From positions 5,700,001-5,732,000 of the forward strand of contig NC_010628.1 in the NCBI RefSeq assembly GCF_000020025.1: DNA of 32,000 nucleotides, written 5' to 3'. Position numbers and translations under genes: made by a program. Numbering within the stretch: the first letter of the stretch is position 1; the number at the start of each line of letters is the position of its first letter. Positions 23,571 through 32,000 of this stretch are shown here, piece after piece. This DNA comes from Nostoc punctiforme PCC 73102 (GTDB lineage Bacteria; Cyanobacteriota; Cyanobacteriia; Cyanobacteriales; Nostocaceae). Below the pieces are notes generated by a model. The model did not search any database. It was not told the origin of the DNA and saw nothing but the letters and a program-made list of their open reading frames with translations.

Positions 23571-23707
23571 CGTGAAGAAACTTATCCTAACTTATGACTT
23601 TTAACTTACAACAAGTCGCAAAGTTTCCATCCTGTTGACACAACATTGACAACTTACTTCCGTAAACTTAATGGTTGCCAGCACAGACTGTCCAATGCCC
23701 TGCAAAG

Positions 23708-24673
23708 ATGAACTACAAACAACCAAAAATTCTCTTGCTAGTTTCAGTATTAACCCTAGTTAGCTGTAATTTATCCCAAAATGTCGTAGCAAAACCACCT
23801 CTACAGCAAGATTTAAAAACAACGCTTTCCGTTCTTCCAACCAAGTCTAATACTGGCGACTCAGCTACTCACTTAACCTACAAAATTGAAACCTACGATA
23901 GTCAATTAATGGGTGCAAATCGCACTTATGGCGTTTCTTTACCCCCTGGCTATGAACAAAACCCAAAACAAAGATATCCTGTAATCTTTCTCCTCCACGG
24001 TGGACATGGTAATCCCAGTGATTGGTTTATTCAAGGCAAGGGACAAGCTCTCAAGACTGTGGAACAACTTTATGCTACAGGTAAGCTACCACCTAGCATT
24101 ATTATCACACCAGATGGCAACGACAAACGTGGCTCTAGTCCCTACCGAGATCCCGAATATATTGATGGCCCTAACGGTAAAGTCTCCACAGCCGTGGGTG
24201 ATGAGTTAGTAAAAGTCGTGCAAAGTCGTTATCGTACAGTAACTAATCCAGATTTTTGGGCAATAGGTGGTTTATCTTCTGGTGCTTGGGGTGCAATGAA
24301 TGTCGGGTTACATAATGTGAATCATTTCTCAATTTTATTTAGTCATAGTGGTTATTTTAAAGATAAAAGCGGCCCAACAAATAGCCCGATAATTTATATC
24401 AAAAGCATTCCCACACCAACTACAAAAAGATTGCGAATTTACTTAGATTCAGGCAAAGCAGATATTGAAGAAATCGATGAAGCTAAAAATTTCTCTCAAG
24501 TACTAAATAACCTCAAAATTTATAATTTATTTCGTCAATTTCCTGGCAGCCACACTTGGCAATACTGGCGGGAACATTTAGCCGATTCTTTGACGTTTGT
24601 GGGCGAACAATTTAAATCTGCTGAAATGGCAAGTATGGCTCGTAATGTGGGTGTGAATAATAAAAACCCTTAG
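23708..24673 (+). CDS. exported esterase-family (PF00756-type alpha/beta hydrolase) lipoprotein, paralog 1
   Basis: MNYKQPKILLLVSVLTLVSC has the lipobox LVSC. Other motifs: YPVIFLLHGGHG, nucleophile elbow GGLSSGAWGA, and C-terminal FPGSHTW. The ORF track's TTG start at 23675 is an alternative. Confidence 0.8.
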   Translation: MNYKQPKILLLVSVLTLVSCNLSQNVVAKPPLQQDLKTTLSVLPTKSNTGDSATHLTYKIETYDSQLMGANRTYGVSLPPGYEQNPKQRYPVIFLLHGGHGNPSDWFIQGKGQALKTVEQLYATGKLPPSIIITPDGNDKRGSSPYRDPEYIDGPNGKVSTAVGDELVKVVQSRYRTVTNPDFWAIGGLSSGAWGAMNVGLHNVNHFSILFSHSGYFKDKSGPTNSPIIYIKSIPTPTTKRLRIYLDSGKADIEEIDEAKNFSQVLNNLKIYNLFRQFPGSHTWQYWREHLADSLTFVGEQFKSAEMASMARNVGVNNKNP

Positions 24674-24809
24674 CGATCGCCAGGATAAATAATACTATTT
24701 TGTAAATCCGTTGATATTTAAATATCACTGTGGAAAACTCTACTGCCATTCTTAAGCAGATTCACTATAGTAAGTTCGGACGGAGGTGATTTTTCTAACT
24801 ATAAAAAAT

Positions 24810-25718
24810 ATGAAAATTTCTAAATTGTTAATTAGTTTGCTAGGAGCGATCGCACTTCTCACTACTGCTGGTTATTATTATGTATTTATCTTAGGTGCGC
24901 CGCAACTAGACCCACCCCAAAGAGTGGCAAAGACTGGGCTAAAGTTTCAATTAGCAACCTTCAACTCGCAAGCGATGGGTGCAGTCCGCAAGTATGGCGT
25001 GATTTTGCCGCCTGATTATGATAAAAATCAGCAAAAGCGCTACCCGGTGATATTCTTATTGCACGGTGGTCATGATGATGCTCGTGCTTATGCTGATAAG
25101 TATGCAGTCTTAGATGTACTACATGAACTTTATCAAAATGGAAAATTACCACCATCAATTGTGATTACACCTGATGGTAATGATAATCGTGGTTCCAGTC
25201 CTTTTTACGATCCTGATTACTTTGATGGCCCGAATGGCAAAATAGGGACTTTAATTGGTTCTGAATTAGTGCAAGTTATCAAGTCTCGCTACCGCACTTT
25301 AGAAGAACCTCAGTTTTGGGCGCTGGGAGGTCTATCTTCTGGGGGATGGGGAGCATTTAATATAGGGTTACGCTATCTTAACAACTTCCACATTCTGTTT
25401 AGCCATAGCGGTTACTTTACCGATAATAGCGGTTCACAAAATAGTCCTCAACAAATTGTGCAACAGCTACCGCTTCAAGATAGGAAGCGATTGCATATTT
25501 ACTTGGATGCAGGTTTAAATGATACTAATTTATTGGCTTCTACCAAAGCCTTCAACGAAACCTTAAATAAATTAGGCATTGCTCACGTATTTTATGCGTT
25601 TCCAGGAGGTCACGGTTTGTCTGGTGCTGACATAGGCTGGAACTACTTCCACAAACACATTAAAGATTCGCTCTCGTATGTAGGGGAACAATTTAAAAAG
25701 TTAGGAGTTAAAAGTTAG
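24810..25718 (+). CDS. membrane-anchored/exported esterase-family protein, paralog 2
   Basis: MKISKLLISLLGAIALLTTAGYYYVFILG is an N-terminal anchor. Other motifs: YPVIFLLHGGHD, GGLSSGGWGA, FPGGHG. It is collinear with paralog 1 along its whole length. A GTG at 24786 is an alternative start. Confidence 0.8.
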   Translation: MKISKLLISLLGAIALLTTAGYYYVFILGAPQLDPPQRVAKTGLKFQLATFNSQAMGAVRKYGVILPPDYDKNQQKRYPVIFLLHGGHDDARAYADKYAVLDVLHELYQNGKLPPSIVITPDGNDNRGSSPFYDPDYFDGPNGKIGTLIGSELVQVIKSRYRTLEEPQFWALGGLSSGGWGAFNIGLRYLNNFHILFSHSGYFTDNSGSQNSPQQIVQQLPLQDRKRLHIYLDAGLNDTNLLASTKAFNETLNKLGIAHVFYAFPGGHGLSGADIGWNYFHKHIKDSLSYVGEQFKKLGVKS

Positions 25719-25752
25719 GAGTTAAGAGTTAAGAGTTTTAACACCAAAACTA

Positions 25753-25797
25753 ATGACAAATGACAAATGACAAATGACTAATAACAAATGACTAATA
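25753..25797. repeat. STRR-type heptamer array (ATGACAA and variants, about 6 units) spanning the start codon of the next gene
   Basis: ATGACAA ATGACAA ATGACAA ATGACTA ATAACAA ATGACTA ATAATTT. The ATG at 25788 belongs to one of the units. A second heptamer run (GAGTTAA-like) lies at about 25700-25740. Confidence 0.7.
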
Positions 25798-27458
25798 ATT
25801 TAAAAACTCAGATTGGACTTTGGAGTGCAGCTTTCCTGACTGGTTTAGTGGGAGTAGTGAATTTGTTGTCAGCAGTGACCCCTAACTTGTATGGGCGGAA
25901 TCACTGGTTAAAGGAATTTTTGCCATTTGAAATTCGTGCCACGGGTCATATATTTGCAGCGCTGACTGGGTTTGTTTTACTTGCACTTGCTACTAATTTA
26001 TTACGCAGAAAAAGAATTGCCTGGTTATTAACCATTGCTTTACTAGTAATTTCCATTTTCAGCCATTTGCTCAAGGGATTGGACTATGAAGAAAGTCTCC
26101 TCTCTGGAGTTTTACTGGTGCAATTAATCTTGATGCGCCATTTTTTCACGGCACAATCAGATCGTCCTTCAATTGCACGCGGAGTTAGAGTGCTGATAGG
26201 TGCTTTACTATTTACCCTGGCATACGGAACTATCGGATTTTACTTATTAGACGGCAAATTTTCTGAAAATTTTAATTGGGGTGAAGCTGTACTTCAGACT
26301 TTAGCGATGTTCTTCACTGAGGATAATTGGGGACTGCAACCAAAGAGCCGATTTGGAGAATTTTTTGCTAATTCGATCTATATTATTGCCGCAGTTACTA
26401 TTACCTATGCAATAGTAATGTTATTGCAACCTGTATTTTGGCGTAATCTAGCAACGCCAAAAGAGCGCCAAAGAGCTAAAGAAATTGTCGAGCAATATGG
26501 ACATTCTTCTTTAGCAGCGATCGCACTCTTAAATGACAAGAGTTATTATTTTAGCCCTACTGGTAATAGTGTAATAGCTTATGTTCCCAAAGGCAGGGGT
26601 GCGATCGCATTAGGAGATCCCATCGGCCCCATTGAAGACCGCCAAGAGACAATTGTTGCTTTCTGGCAGTTTTGCCAGCGCAATGACTGGTATCCGGGCT
26701 TTTACCAAACTTTGCCTGATGATGTTGAGCTTTACAAATCATTGGGATTTAAGGTACTCAAGATTGGAGAAGAAGCGATCGTTGACCTAAAAAGTTTTAC
26801 ATTACAAGGTAAAGCCGGTAAAAACTTTAGACCATCAATAAATCGTTTAACTAAACTGGGATACCAAATCGAGTTTTACCAACCACCCATTGCTGATACT
26901 TTGTTGCACCTCCTCAAACCTGTGAGTGATGAATGGCTAAAGATGGTACAAGGTTCAGAAAAACAATTTTCTTTGGGTTGGTTTGACGAAGCTTATCTGC
27001 GAGAGTGCGAGATTGCTGTGGTGCATACTCCCGAAGGTAACATCAGCGCCTTTGCCAACGTTCTCCGGGAATATCAACTTAACGAAGCAACTATTGACAT
27101 GATGCGACATCGCTCATCTCTTGAGAATGGGACGATGGACTTTCTATTTATTTCTCTGCTTCAGCATTTTAAAGAGTGTGGTTACGACAGCTTTAATTTC
27201 GGTCTTTCTGCCCTTGCGGGAGTTGGAGACAACCCAGAATCACGCCGCTTAGAGAGAGTCTTGCACTATCTTTACGAGCATTTGAATCGCTTCTACAACT
27301 TCAAGGGGCTACACGCCTACAAAGACAAGTTCCGCCCCAGTTGGGAACCGCGTTATTTGGTTTACCCCAGTTTAGCTGCCTTACCAGATGTAGTTGTAGC
27401 ATTGATTCGCGCAGATTCAGGCGATCGCCTTTTTGATTATTTCAAACCCGGAGCCTAA
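25788..27458 (+). CDS. mprF: MprF C-terminal half: about 6 TM segments plus an aminoacyl-phosphatidylglycerol synthase domain (DUF2156/LPG_synthase_C)
   Basis: 556 aa. The cytoplasmic domain shows GRGAIALGDPIGP, KVLKIGEEAIVDL, GKAGKNFRPSINR, EKQFSLGWFDEAYL, IDMMRH..., GTMDFLF and FNFGLSALAGVG, as in lysyl/alanyl-PG synthases. Confidence 0.85.
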   Translation: MTNNLKTQIGLWSAAFLTGLVGVVNLLSAVTPNLYGRNHWLKEFLPFEIRATGHIFAALTGFVLLALATNLLRRKRIAWLLTIALLVISIFSHLLKGLDYEESLLSGVLLVQLILMRHFFTAQSDRPSIARGVRVLIGALLFTLAYGTIGFYLLDGKFSENFNWGEAVLQTLAMFFTEDNWGLQPKSRFGEFFANSIYIIAAVTITYAIVMLLQPVFWRNLATPKERQRAKEIVEQYGHSSLAAIALLNDKSYYFSPTGNSVIAYVPKGRGAIALGDPIGPIEDRQETIVAFWQFCQRNDWYPGFYQTLPDDVELYKSLGFKVLKIGEEAIVDLKSFTLQGKAGKNFRPSINRLTKLGYQIEFYQPPIADTLLHLLKPVSDEWLKMVQGSEKQFSLGWFDEAYLRECEIAVVHTPEGNISAFANVLREYQLNEATIDMMRHRSSLENGTMDFLFISLLQHFKECGYDSFNFGLSALAGVGDNPESRRLERVLHYLYEHLNRFYNFKGLHAYKDKFRPSWEPRYLVYPSLAALPDVVVALIRADSGDRLFDYFKPGA

Positions 27459-27532
27459 AGGCATCTATTCTGGCATTAACCTCATAACACCTCATTCTAG
27501 GGCGATATCTACGATCGACTCGTCTGCACAAA

Positions 27533-27561
27533 TTGACATTTTTATGATACAATTGTACTAT
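27533..27561 (+). promoter_or_regulatory. candidate sigma-70-type promoter for the orphan gene
   Basis: TTGACA (27533-27538), a 17-nt spacer, then TACTAT (27556-27561). This would give a leader of about 250 nt before the ATG at 27818. Confidence 0.4.
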
Positions 27562-27817
27562 AAAAGAACGAATCTCCGGTGAGTATGTAACGTTAAGTCT
27601 GACAGGAAATGTCCAAAGTTTGTCATAACTGAATCCCCATAGTAGTTAGTACACTGAGGCCAAAATTTCCCTTACCTTGAACGAGGGGCAAAATCTCCTT
27701 GTCTTTATTTGACATCAATTTATTGTGTGTTTGTCCTTCAAGTTTTCACGGTTGGAAGAACTTATTAGAAACCGTGGCTTTAACAGACTTATTGACCTTT
27801 ATACGGAAGGTGAAAAT

Positions 27818-29132
27818 ATGAGAAATAGTCAAATTTCTCTGCCAGAACTCATCAAATTTTTTGCAGAATATCGCAACAATATCATCATTAATATCAAGCA
27901 TCTGCAAGAAAATTATCAAAGAACAGGTATCAAGCGGGTTAGAGGTGTGAGAGACGAAAAAGGGGAACTCTTACAACCTTGGTTGCAAACAGAATATATA
28001 GATAATGCTGAGTATGCTGGTATGGGCGAGTTTCAATTTAACCGCAATACCGCTACTATCAATATGCTTATCAAACGTAAAGTCAAACTTACCAAATCTG
28101 AAGATAAAACCCCTACTTTTGAGGTAGCAGGTTTGCTGGTAAATGACCTCAATAGCTTTAATAACTACACGATTGTAAGTGACGGTAAAATCAATATAAA
28201 GTCTTTACAAGTCAAAATTAGTAGTAAAAAAGCTTTTGATTGGCTTAAAGAAAAGGGTGTGTTAGATGCAGAAAATTTTGACTTTCATGCTGAATATACT
28301 ATCCAGCTAGATAACTTACCGCTTGTTTCTTCTGATAGTCGTTACAGTAGTAGTATTGATGGATTATTTAATCAAATTGCGGAAATTAAAGTACTATCTG
28401 TCCAAAAATACTTACATCAATTTCCCTACAACTAATGAATACACGAATATCCGGGAAGCTTTAGTTAATGGTACTCTTGATTCTAGATTGAGCTATAAAA
28501 TCGACATCGGCAGTCAAGATATTCTGAACTTGAGTAAGTTCCCTTCTGCCAATAAATTTCTGAATAGAATGTATCGTCTTTATGATAAAGAAACTGGAGA
28601 AATTATCATGAAGCCGAATTTTGAGATGGTATTTAATGAAAATCTCGCTGTTAGGCACAGGTTACTGTCATCACGTACCAAGATTACGAAAGTTGACGAG
28701 TTTATGAAACCTATTTTCGATGATTTTCTTGGACTTGATCAAAATGGCATAGTTGTAGATATTCTCAAGAAAGTTGGTGCTGATTGTTTGGCGCAGTTAT
28801 TTCACGAGAAACACACTGGTAAGCAAATCAGCAAAGAAGAAATGGTTGCAGCTTTGATGGCAGCGAATACCAAGCTAGAGAAATATGTAGAAAATATCTA
28901 CCAGGATAAGATTTCTCCTTTGGTATTTTACATTGGTTGTACTGGAGTATTGCCAGCTCAAATAAAAGCAAAAACCATGACTGCTGAAGAAGCTGCTGCT
29001 AAATATCCAAATTTGCAATTTTCTAAAAATGAGCAAGAAGGCACTTTTTTTGCAGTAGATGATAGTATTATCAGCATCTACGCTAAAACTGAATATTACA
29101 GCAAACTTATTTCTGTCGGTATAGACAATTAG
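27818..29132 (+). pseudogene. AT-rich orphan gene of unknown function, split into two frames at an A5 run (28404-28408)
   Basis: The ATG at 27818 is preceded by GGAAGGTG 5-12 nt upstream. Frame 2 looks protein-like up to ...IAEIKVLSVQK. Frame 0 looks protein-like from NTYINFPTTNEYTNIREALV onward. Deleting one A in CAAAAAT joins them into about 437 codons. I recognise no domain, and there is no HIP1 site. Confidence 0.55.
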
Positions 29133-29153
29133 ATTGCATATATCAATAACCCA

Positions 29154-29188
29154 AAGATCCCCGACTTCTCTAAGAAGTCGGGGATCTT
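29154..29188. repeat. palindromic hairpin repeat (copy 3 of 3)
   Basis: AAGATCCCCGACTTC-TCTAA-GAAGTCGGGGATCTT has a 15-bp perfect stem. It lies 21 nt after the orphan gene stop. Confidence 0.9.
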
Positions 29189-29332
29189 GTTTATGCACTT
29201 TTATTTAGGATTGCTATAGAAATTATAATTATGGGTTTCCCAAAATACAGCTAGAGTTTGGACGTATTGCGGAAGAAATTGGACTTGCAGACGAAGGGCT
29301 CATTACAATAGTGTTGCCTAAAAAGTTGCCGT

Positions 29333-29932
29333 CTACATGCTCAATGCTGACCGGATAAATAAATCAGCAATGCCACCAATTCCTCTCCCAAAACCTGGGA
29401 TTATGAACAGAAGCATCATGGCAAAGAGTCCAAATTGAGTATATTGCAATGGCTTTAGCTGAGGAAAAATCTCACTGAAAACATGAAAGCCATCCAGTGG
29501 TGGAATTGGCAGCAGATTAAATAGAAATAATGTAAAATTAATCCGAGCCGCTAGATAAAGAAATTCGACGCTCAACAGTCCTGAAACATTAAAAAGTTTG
29601 AGCAATACAGTAAATAGAATACCTAATGCCAGATTCGACAATGGGCCTGCTGCGGATACCAAAATATTGCCTAGTTTACCAGAGCGAAACTTAGAGGGGT
29701 TGACAGGCATTTGTCCCCAAGCTATACCCATGAGGCAGAGAAAGATGATTGATTCTTTACCCATGTGAACTACAGGATTAAGCGTAAGATGACCAGTTTG
29801 TTGGGGAGTGTTATCTCCCTGACTCATAGCAGCCCAACCGTGAGCAAGTTCATGTAAAGTGATAGAAAATATGACAATTACAACGATTCTGAAAAAATGA
29901 ATCGGCTCTGTGATGAGTGTTTGGATAAACAT
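29333..29932 (-). CDS. site-2 protease family (peptidase M50) membrane metalloprotease
   Basis: 199 aa. HELAHGWAA (HExxH) lies in the first TM region. The second motif is FNLLPIPPLDG (NxxPxxxLDG). It has multiple TM segments. Confidence 0.8.
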   Translation of the reverse strand: MFIQTLITEPIHFFRIVVIVIFSITLHELAHGWAAMSQGDNTPQQTGHLTLNPVVHMGKESIIFLCLMGIAWGQMPVNPSKFRSGKLGNILVSAAGPLSNLALGILFTVLLKLFNVSGLLSVEFLYLAARINFTLFLFNLLPIPPLDGFHVFSEIFPQLKPLQYTQFGLFAMMLLFIIPGFGRGIGGIADLFIRSALSM

Positions 29933-30457
29933 AATTTACTAAATTTTGGCAACGCACGTCTGCATAATAATAAGTCTCTAGTATAAATTTTAGTAAGGGA
30001 ATTACTTAAGTTGCTACGGTAATTTTTGGTATATTCTATAAATGAAAATTTACTAATTTTATTAATCTCAGTTGATTTGATAGCTTAAAAAATATCTCAT
30101 AACACTTCAAGAATTTTAAAACCTGGTAACAACTACGTATTTATTTTAATTTAGTATATAAAAAACTTACATATACCCAAAGCAAAAAACGATTGTATAA
30201 TAAAATACTTAAATTAAATAAATTTACAAATTACACATAGATTCAGCTTTACTTGTGTCTAACTGCATCTCATAGTTTTATGTGTCTCTGGCTCAAAACA
30301 TAGCCGCTATTGCCTTGTGATTTTGGTACCTCACTTTGCAAAGTTAATTTTATTACCTGAAATAGCAATAGATTTACTAATAATCTTTAAGAAAATTATG
30401 CATATATCAACTTCAATGAGACAATCTGACCTAATCTTCTCAACCTAAAGGAAGACA

Positions 30458-30733
30458 ATGAACGATCGCACAAAGGCTCTCCAGGCTATCGCGGCTGAAC
30501 GTTGGCGCGTATCCCTGATTCTCAGTGGAGCCATGATGTTTATTTACTTTGGCTTTATCTTGCTAATCGCATTCAATAAGCCCCTATTGGGGTCATTAGT
30601 AGCTCCTGGCCTAAGCCTGGGAATTTTACTAGGGGCGCTGGTAATTGTCTCAGCATGGGTATTAATTTTTATCTACGTGCGTTGGGCAAATAGCAGTTAC
30701 GACGATCAAATCGCCAGGCTGACACGCAAGTAA
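30458..30733 (+). CDS. DUF485 (YjcH-like) small inner-membrane protein
   Basis: 91 aa with two TM helices. It lies 53 nt upstream of actP, which is the conserved yjcH-actP arrangement. Confidence 0.75.
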   Translation: MNDRTKALQAIAAERWRVSLILSGAMMFIYFGFILLIAFNKPLLGSLVAPGLSLGILLGALVIVSAWVLIFIYVRWANSSYDDQIARLTRK

Positions 30734-30786
30734 ATTAGCTATTAGCAATTTCTAGTCCAAAATCCAAAATACTAAACCAAAAAAGC

Positions 30787-32000
30787 ATGAATAGTGTGTG
30801 GTTGGATCTGCCATTAGCGGCGGATATTACCAGTCTTGGTAAGTTTAACCCGTTGGCGATCGCTTTCTTCTTTCTCTTTGTTGTAAGTTCTCTAGGCATT
30901 ACCTATTGGGCGGCAAAGCTGACCAAAAATACCGCCCACTTCTATACAGCCGGCGGCAAAATCAGTGGTTTCCAAAATGGGCTAGCCCTAGCAGGAGACT
31001 TTATGAGTGCAGCTAGCTTTTTAGGTATTGCTGGACTGGTAGCACTCAACGGCTTTGACGGCTTAATTTATTCTATTGGCTTCCTGGTAGGCTGGCCAAT
31101 TGTGATGTTTTTGATTGCGGAACCACTACGTAACTTAGGCAAATACACCTTTGCCGATGTGGTGGCTTATCGCTTACAGCAAAAACCTGTACGCATCGCA
31201 TCTGCCATTGGAACGTTAGCAGTAATTAGCTTTTACTTAATTGCCCAGATGGTAGGGGCTGGGGAGCTAATTAAGCTACTGTTTGGCTTTGATTATGAGT
31301 TAGCCGTGGTCATCGTCGGTTGTGTAATGATGGCTTATGTGATTTTTGGTGGGATGATTGCCACCACTTGGGTGCAAATTATTAAAGCAGTTCTGTTGCT
31401 CGGCGGAACCATCTTGCTAGCTATTTTGGTATTGGCACGATTTGGTTTTAACCCACTTGCTCTTTTCGCTGCGGCCGCAGATAAATATACAGGTGTATTA
31501 GCTCCAGGTAAACAGGTTTCCGATCCCTTTGATGCCATCTCATTGGGAATGTCATTGATGTTCGGCACTGCCGGATTACCCCACATCCTGATGCGTTTTT
31601 ACACAGTACCGGACGCTAAAGCAGCACGGGTCTCTGTTACTTATGCTACGGCTATTATTGGCGTTTTTTATCTCCTTACCTTCATCCTGGGCTTTGGAGC
31701 GATGGTGCTAGTAGGGCAAGATGCCATCAAGCAAATTGGGACTGGTGGTAACATGGCTGCACCGATGTTGGCAGAATTTCTCGGTGGTGATGCTTTCTTA
31801 GGCTTTATTTCTGCTGTTTCCTTTGCAACGATTTTGGCGGTTGTAGCAGGTTTGACACTTTCAGGAGCGGCTGCACTGTCTCATGATTTGTGGGTGAATG
31901 TGGTGCGTTCTGGTCATGCTGACGAGTCAGAACAACTGAAGGTAGCTCGCGGTGCGACAATGATTTTGGGGTTAGTGGCGATATTTTTAGGTATCTTGTT
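30787..32000 (+). CDS. actP: cation/acetate symporter ActP (SSS family), 3'-truncated by the window edge
   Basis: The frame is open from the ATG at 30787 to the window end. The product MNSVWLDL...[33 protein letters not shown]...[19 protein letters not shown] matches ActP/SSS signatures. This ORF is absent from the ORF track because it has no stop codon. Confidence 0.9.
   Translation, partial: MNSVWLDLPLAADITSLGKFNPLAIAFFFLFVVSSLGITYWAAKLTKNTAHFYTAGGKISGFQNGLALAGDFMSAASFLGIAGLVALNGFDGLIYSIGFLVGWPIVMFLIAEPLRNLGKYTFADVVAYRLQQKPVRIASAIGTLAVISFYLIAQMVGAGELIKLLFGFDYELAVVIVGCVMMAYVIFGGMIATTWVQIIKAVLLLGGTILLAILVLARFGFNPLALFAAAADKYTGVLAPGKQVSDPFDAISLGMSLMFGTAGLPHILMRFYTVPDAKAARVSVTYATAIIGVFYLLTFILGFGAMVLVGQDAIKQIGTGGNMAAPMLAEFLGGDAFLGFISAVSFATILAVVAGLTLSGAAALSHDLWVNVVRSGHADESEQLKVARGATMILGLVAIFLGIL

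Noticed and set aside
27725-27817. GTG-initiated 31-codon N-terminal extension of the orphan gene
   Set aside because: The ATG at 27818 has a good Shine-Dalgarno-like GGAAGGTG upstream. The GTG at 27725 has none.
28323-28402. Hydrophobic N-terminus (MFLLIVVTVVVLMDYL) of ORF 28323-29132, which looks like a signal or TM segment
   Set aside because: It is the out-of-frame reading of the well-behaved C-terminal part of ORF 27725-28435. The protein-like sequence in this frame only begins after the A5 run at 28404-28408.
29206-29335. Open frame reading ...FGRIAEEIGLADEGLITIVLPKKLPST with a protein-like look
   Set aside because: It has no start codon in frame, is about 40 codons long, and overlaps the 3' end of the M50 gene. 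It may be a gene remnant but is unsupported.
29933-30457. 520-bp very AT-rich region between the M50 gene and DUF485-actP, as a possible ncRNA or riboswitch
   Set aside because: I could see no conserved structure, dyad symmetry or known riboswitch motif. It is probably a divergent promoter region.
31335-31586. 83-aa minus-strand ORF
   Set aside because: It lies wholly antisense within the clearly recognisable actP coding sequence.

Overview
This looks like a cyanobacterial chromosomal segment, most likely from a filamentous Nostocales-type genome. The HIP1 octamer GCGATCGC recurs about every 0.5-1.5 kb, heptameric STRR-type repeats are present, and several families of palindromic intergenic repeats occur. 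About 30 protein-coding genes are supportable. Housekeeping genes: aspartate kinase with duplicated ACT pairs (lysC), CorA, an acyl-CoA synthetase, a Ser/Thr kinase with TPR repeats, an M50 protease, and DUF485 plus a partial ActP at the right edge. Accessory content is dense. (1) 18.7-21.7 kb holds an NLR-like STAND gene: helical N-domain, NB-ARC, then nine near-identical 42-codon TPR units. Its reading frame is broken by a single in-frame TGA. It sits beside a small islet with a Uma2 nuclease, vapB plus a truncated vapC, and a hicAB cassette bracketed by direct and inverted repeats. (2) 0.6-3.7 kb is a four-gene cluster with two signal-less peptidoglycan-hydrolase-like enzymes, a lipoprotein and a small helical protein. 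The two enzyme genes are bracketed by inverted GC-rich 30-nt repeats. (3) 22.6-27.5 kb is a split MprF locus: the flippase-like half and the synthase half are separate divergent genes with two exported esterase paralogs between them. (4) 27.8-29.1 kb is an AT-rich orphan gene with no domain I recognise. It is frameshifted at an A5 run and lies in the longest HIP1-free stretch of the window. (5) 4.2-8.3 kb holds an HTH/AAA-like NTPase next to a CBM20-SGNH-DUF1796 fusion protein. Two tandem arrays share a 21-bp periodicity. I found no rRNA, tRNA or CRISPR array. All domain calls come from motif recognition by eye; no searches were run.
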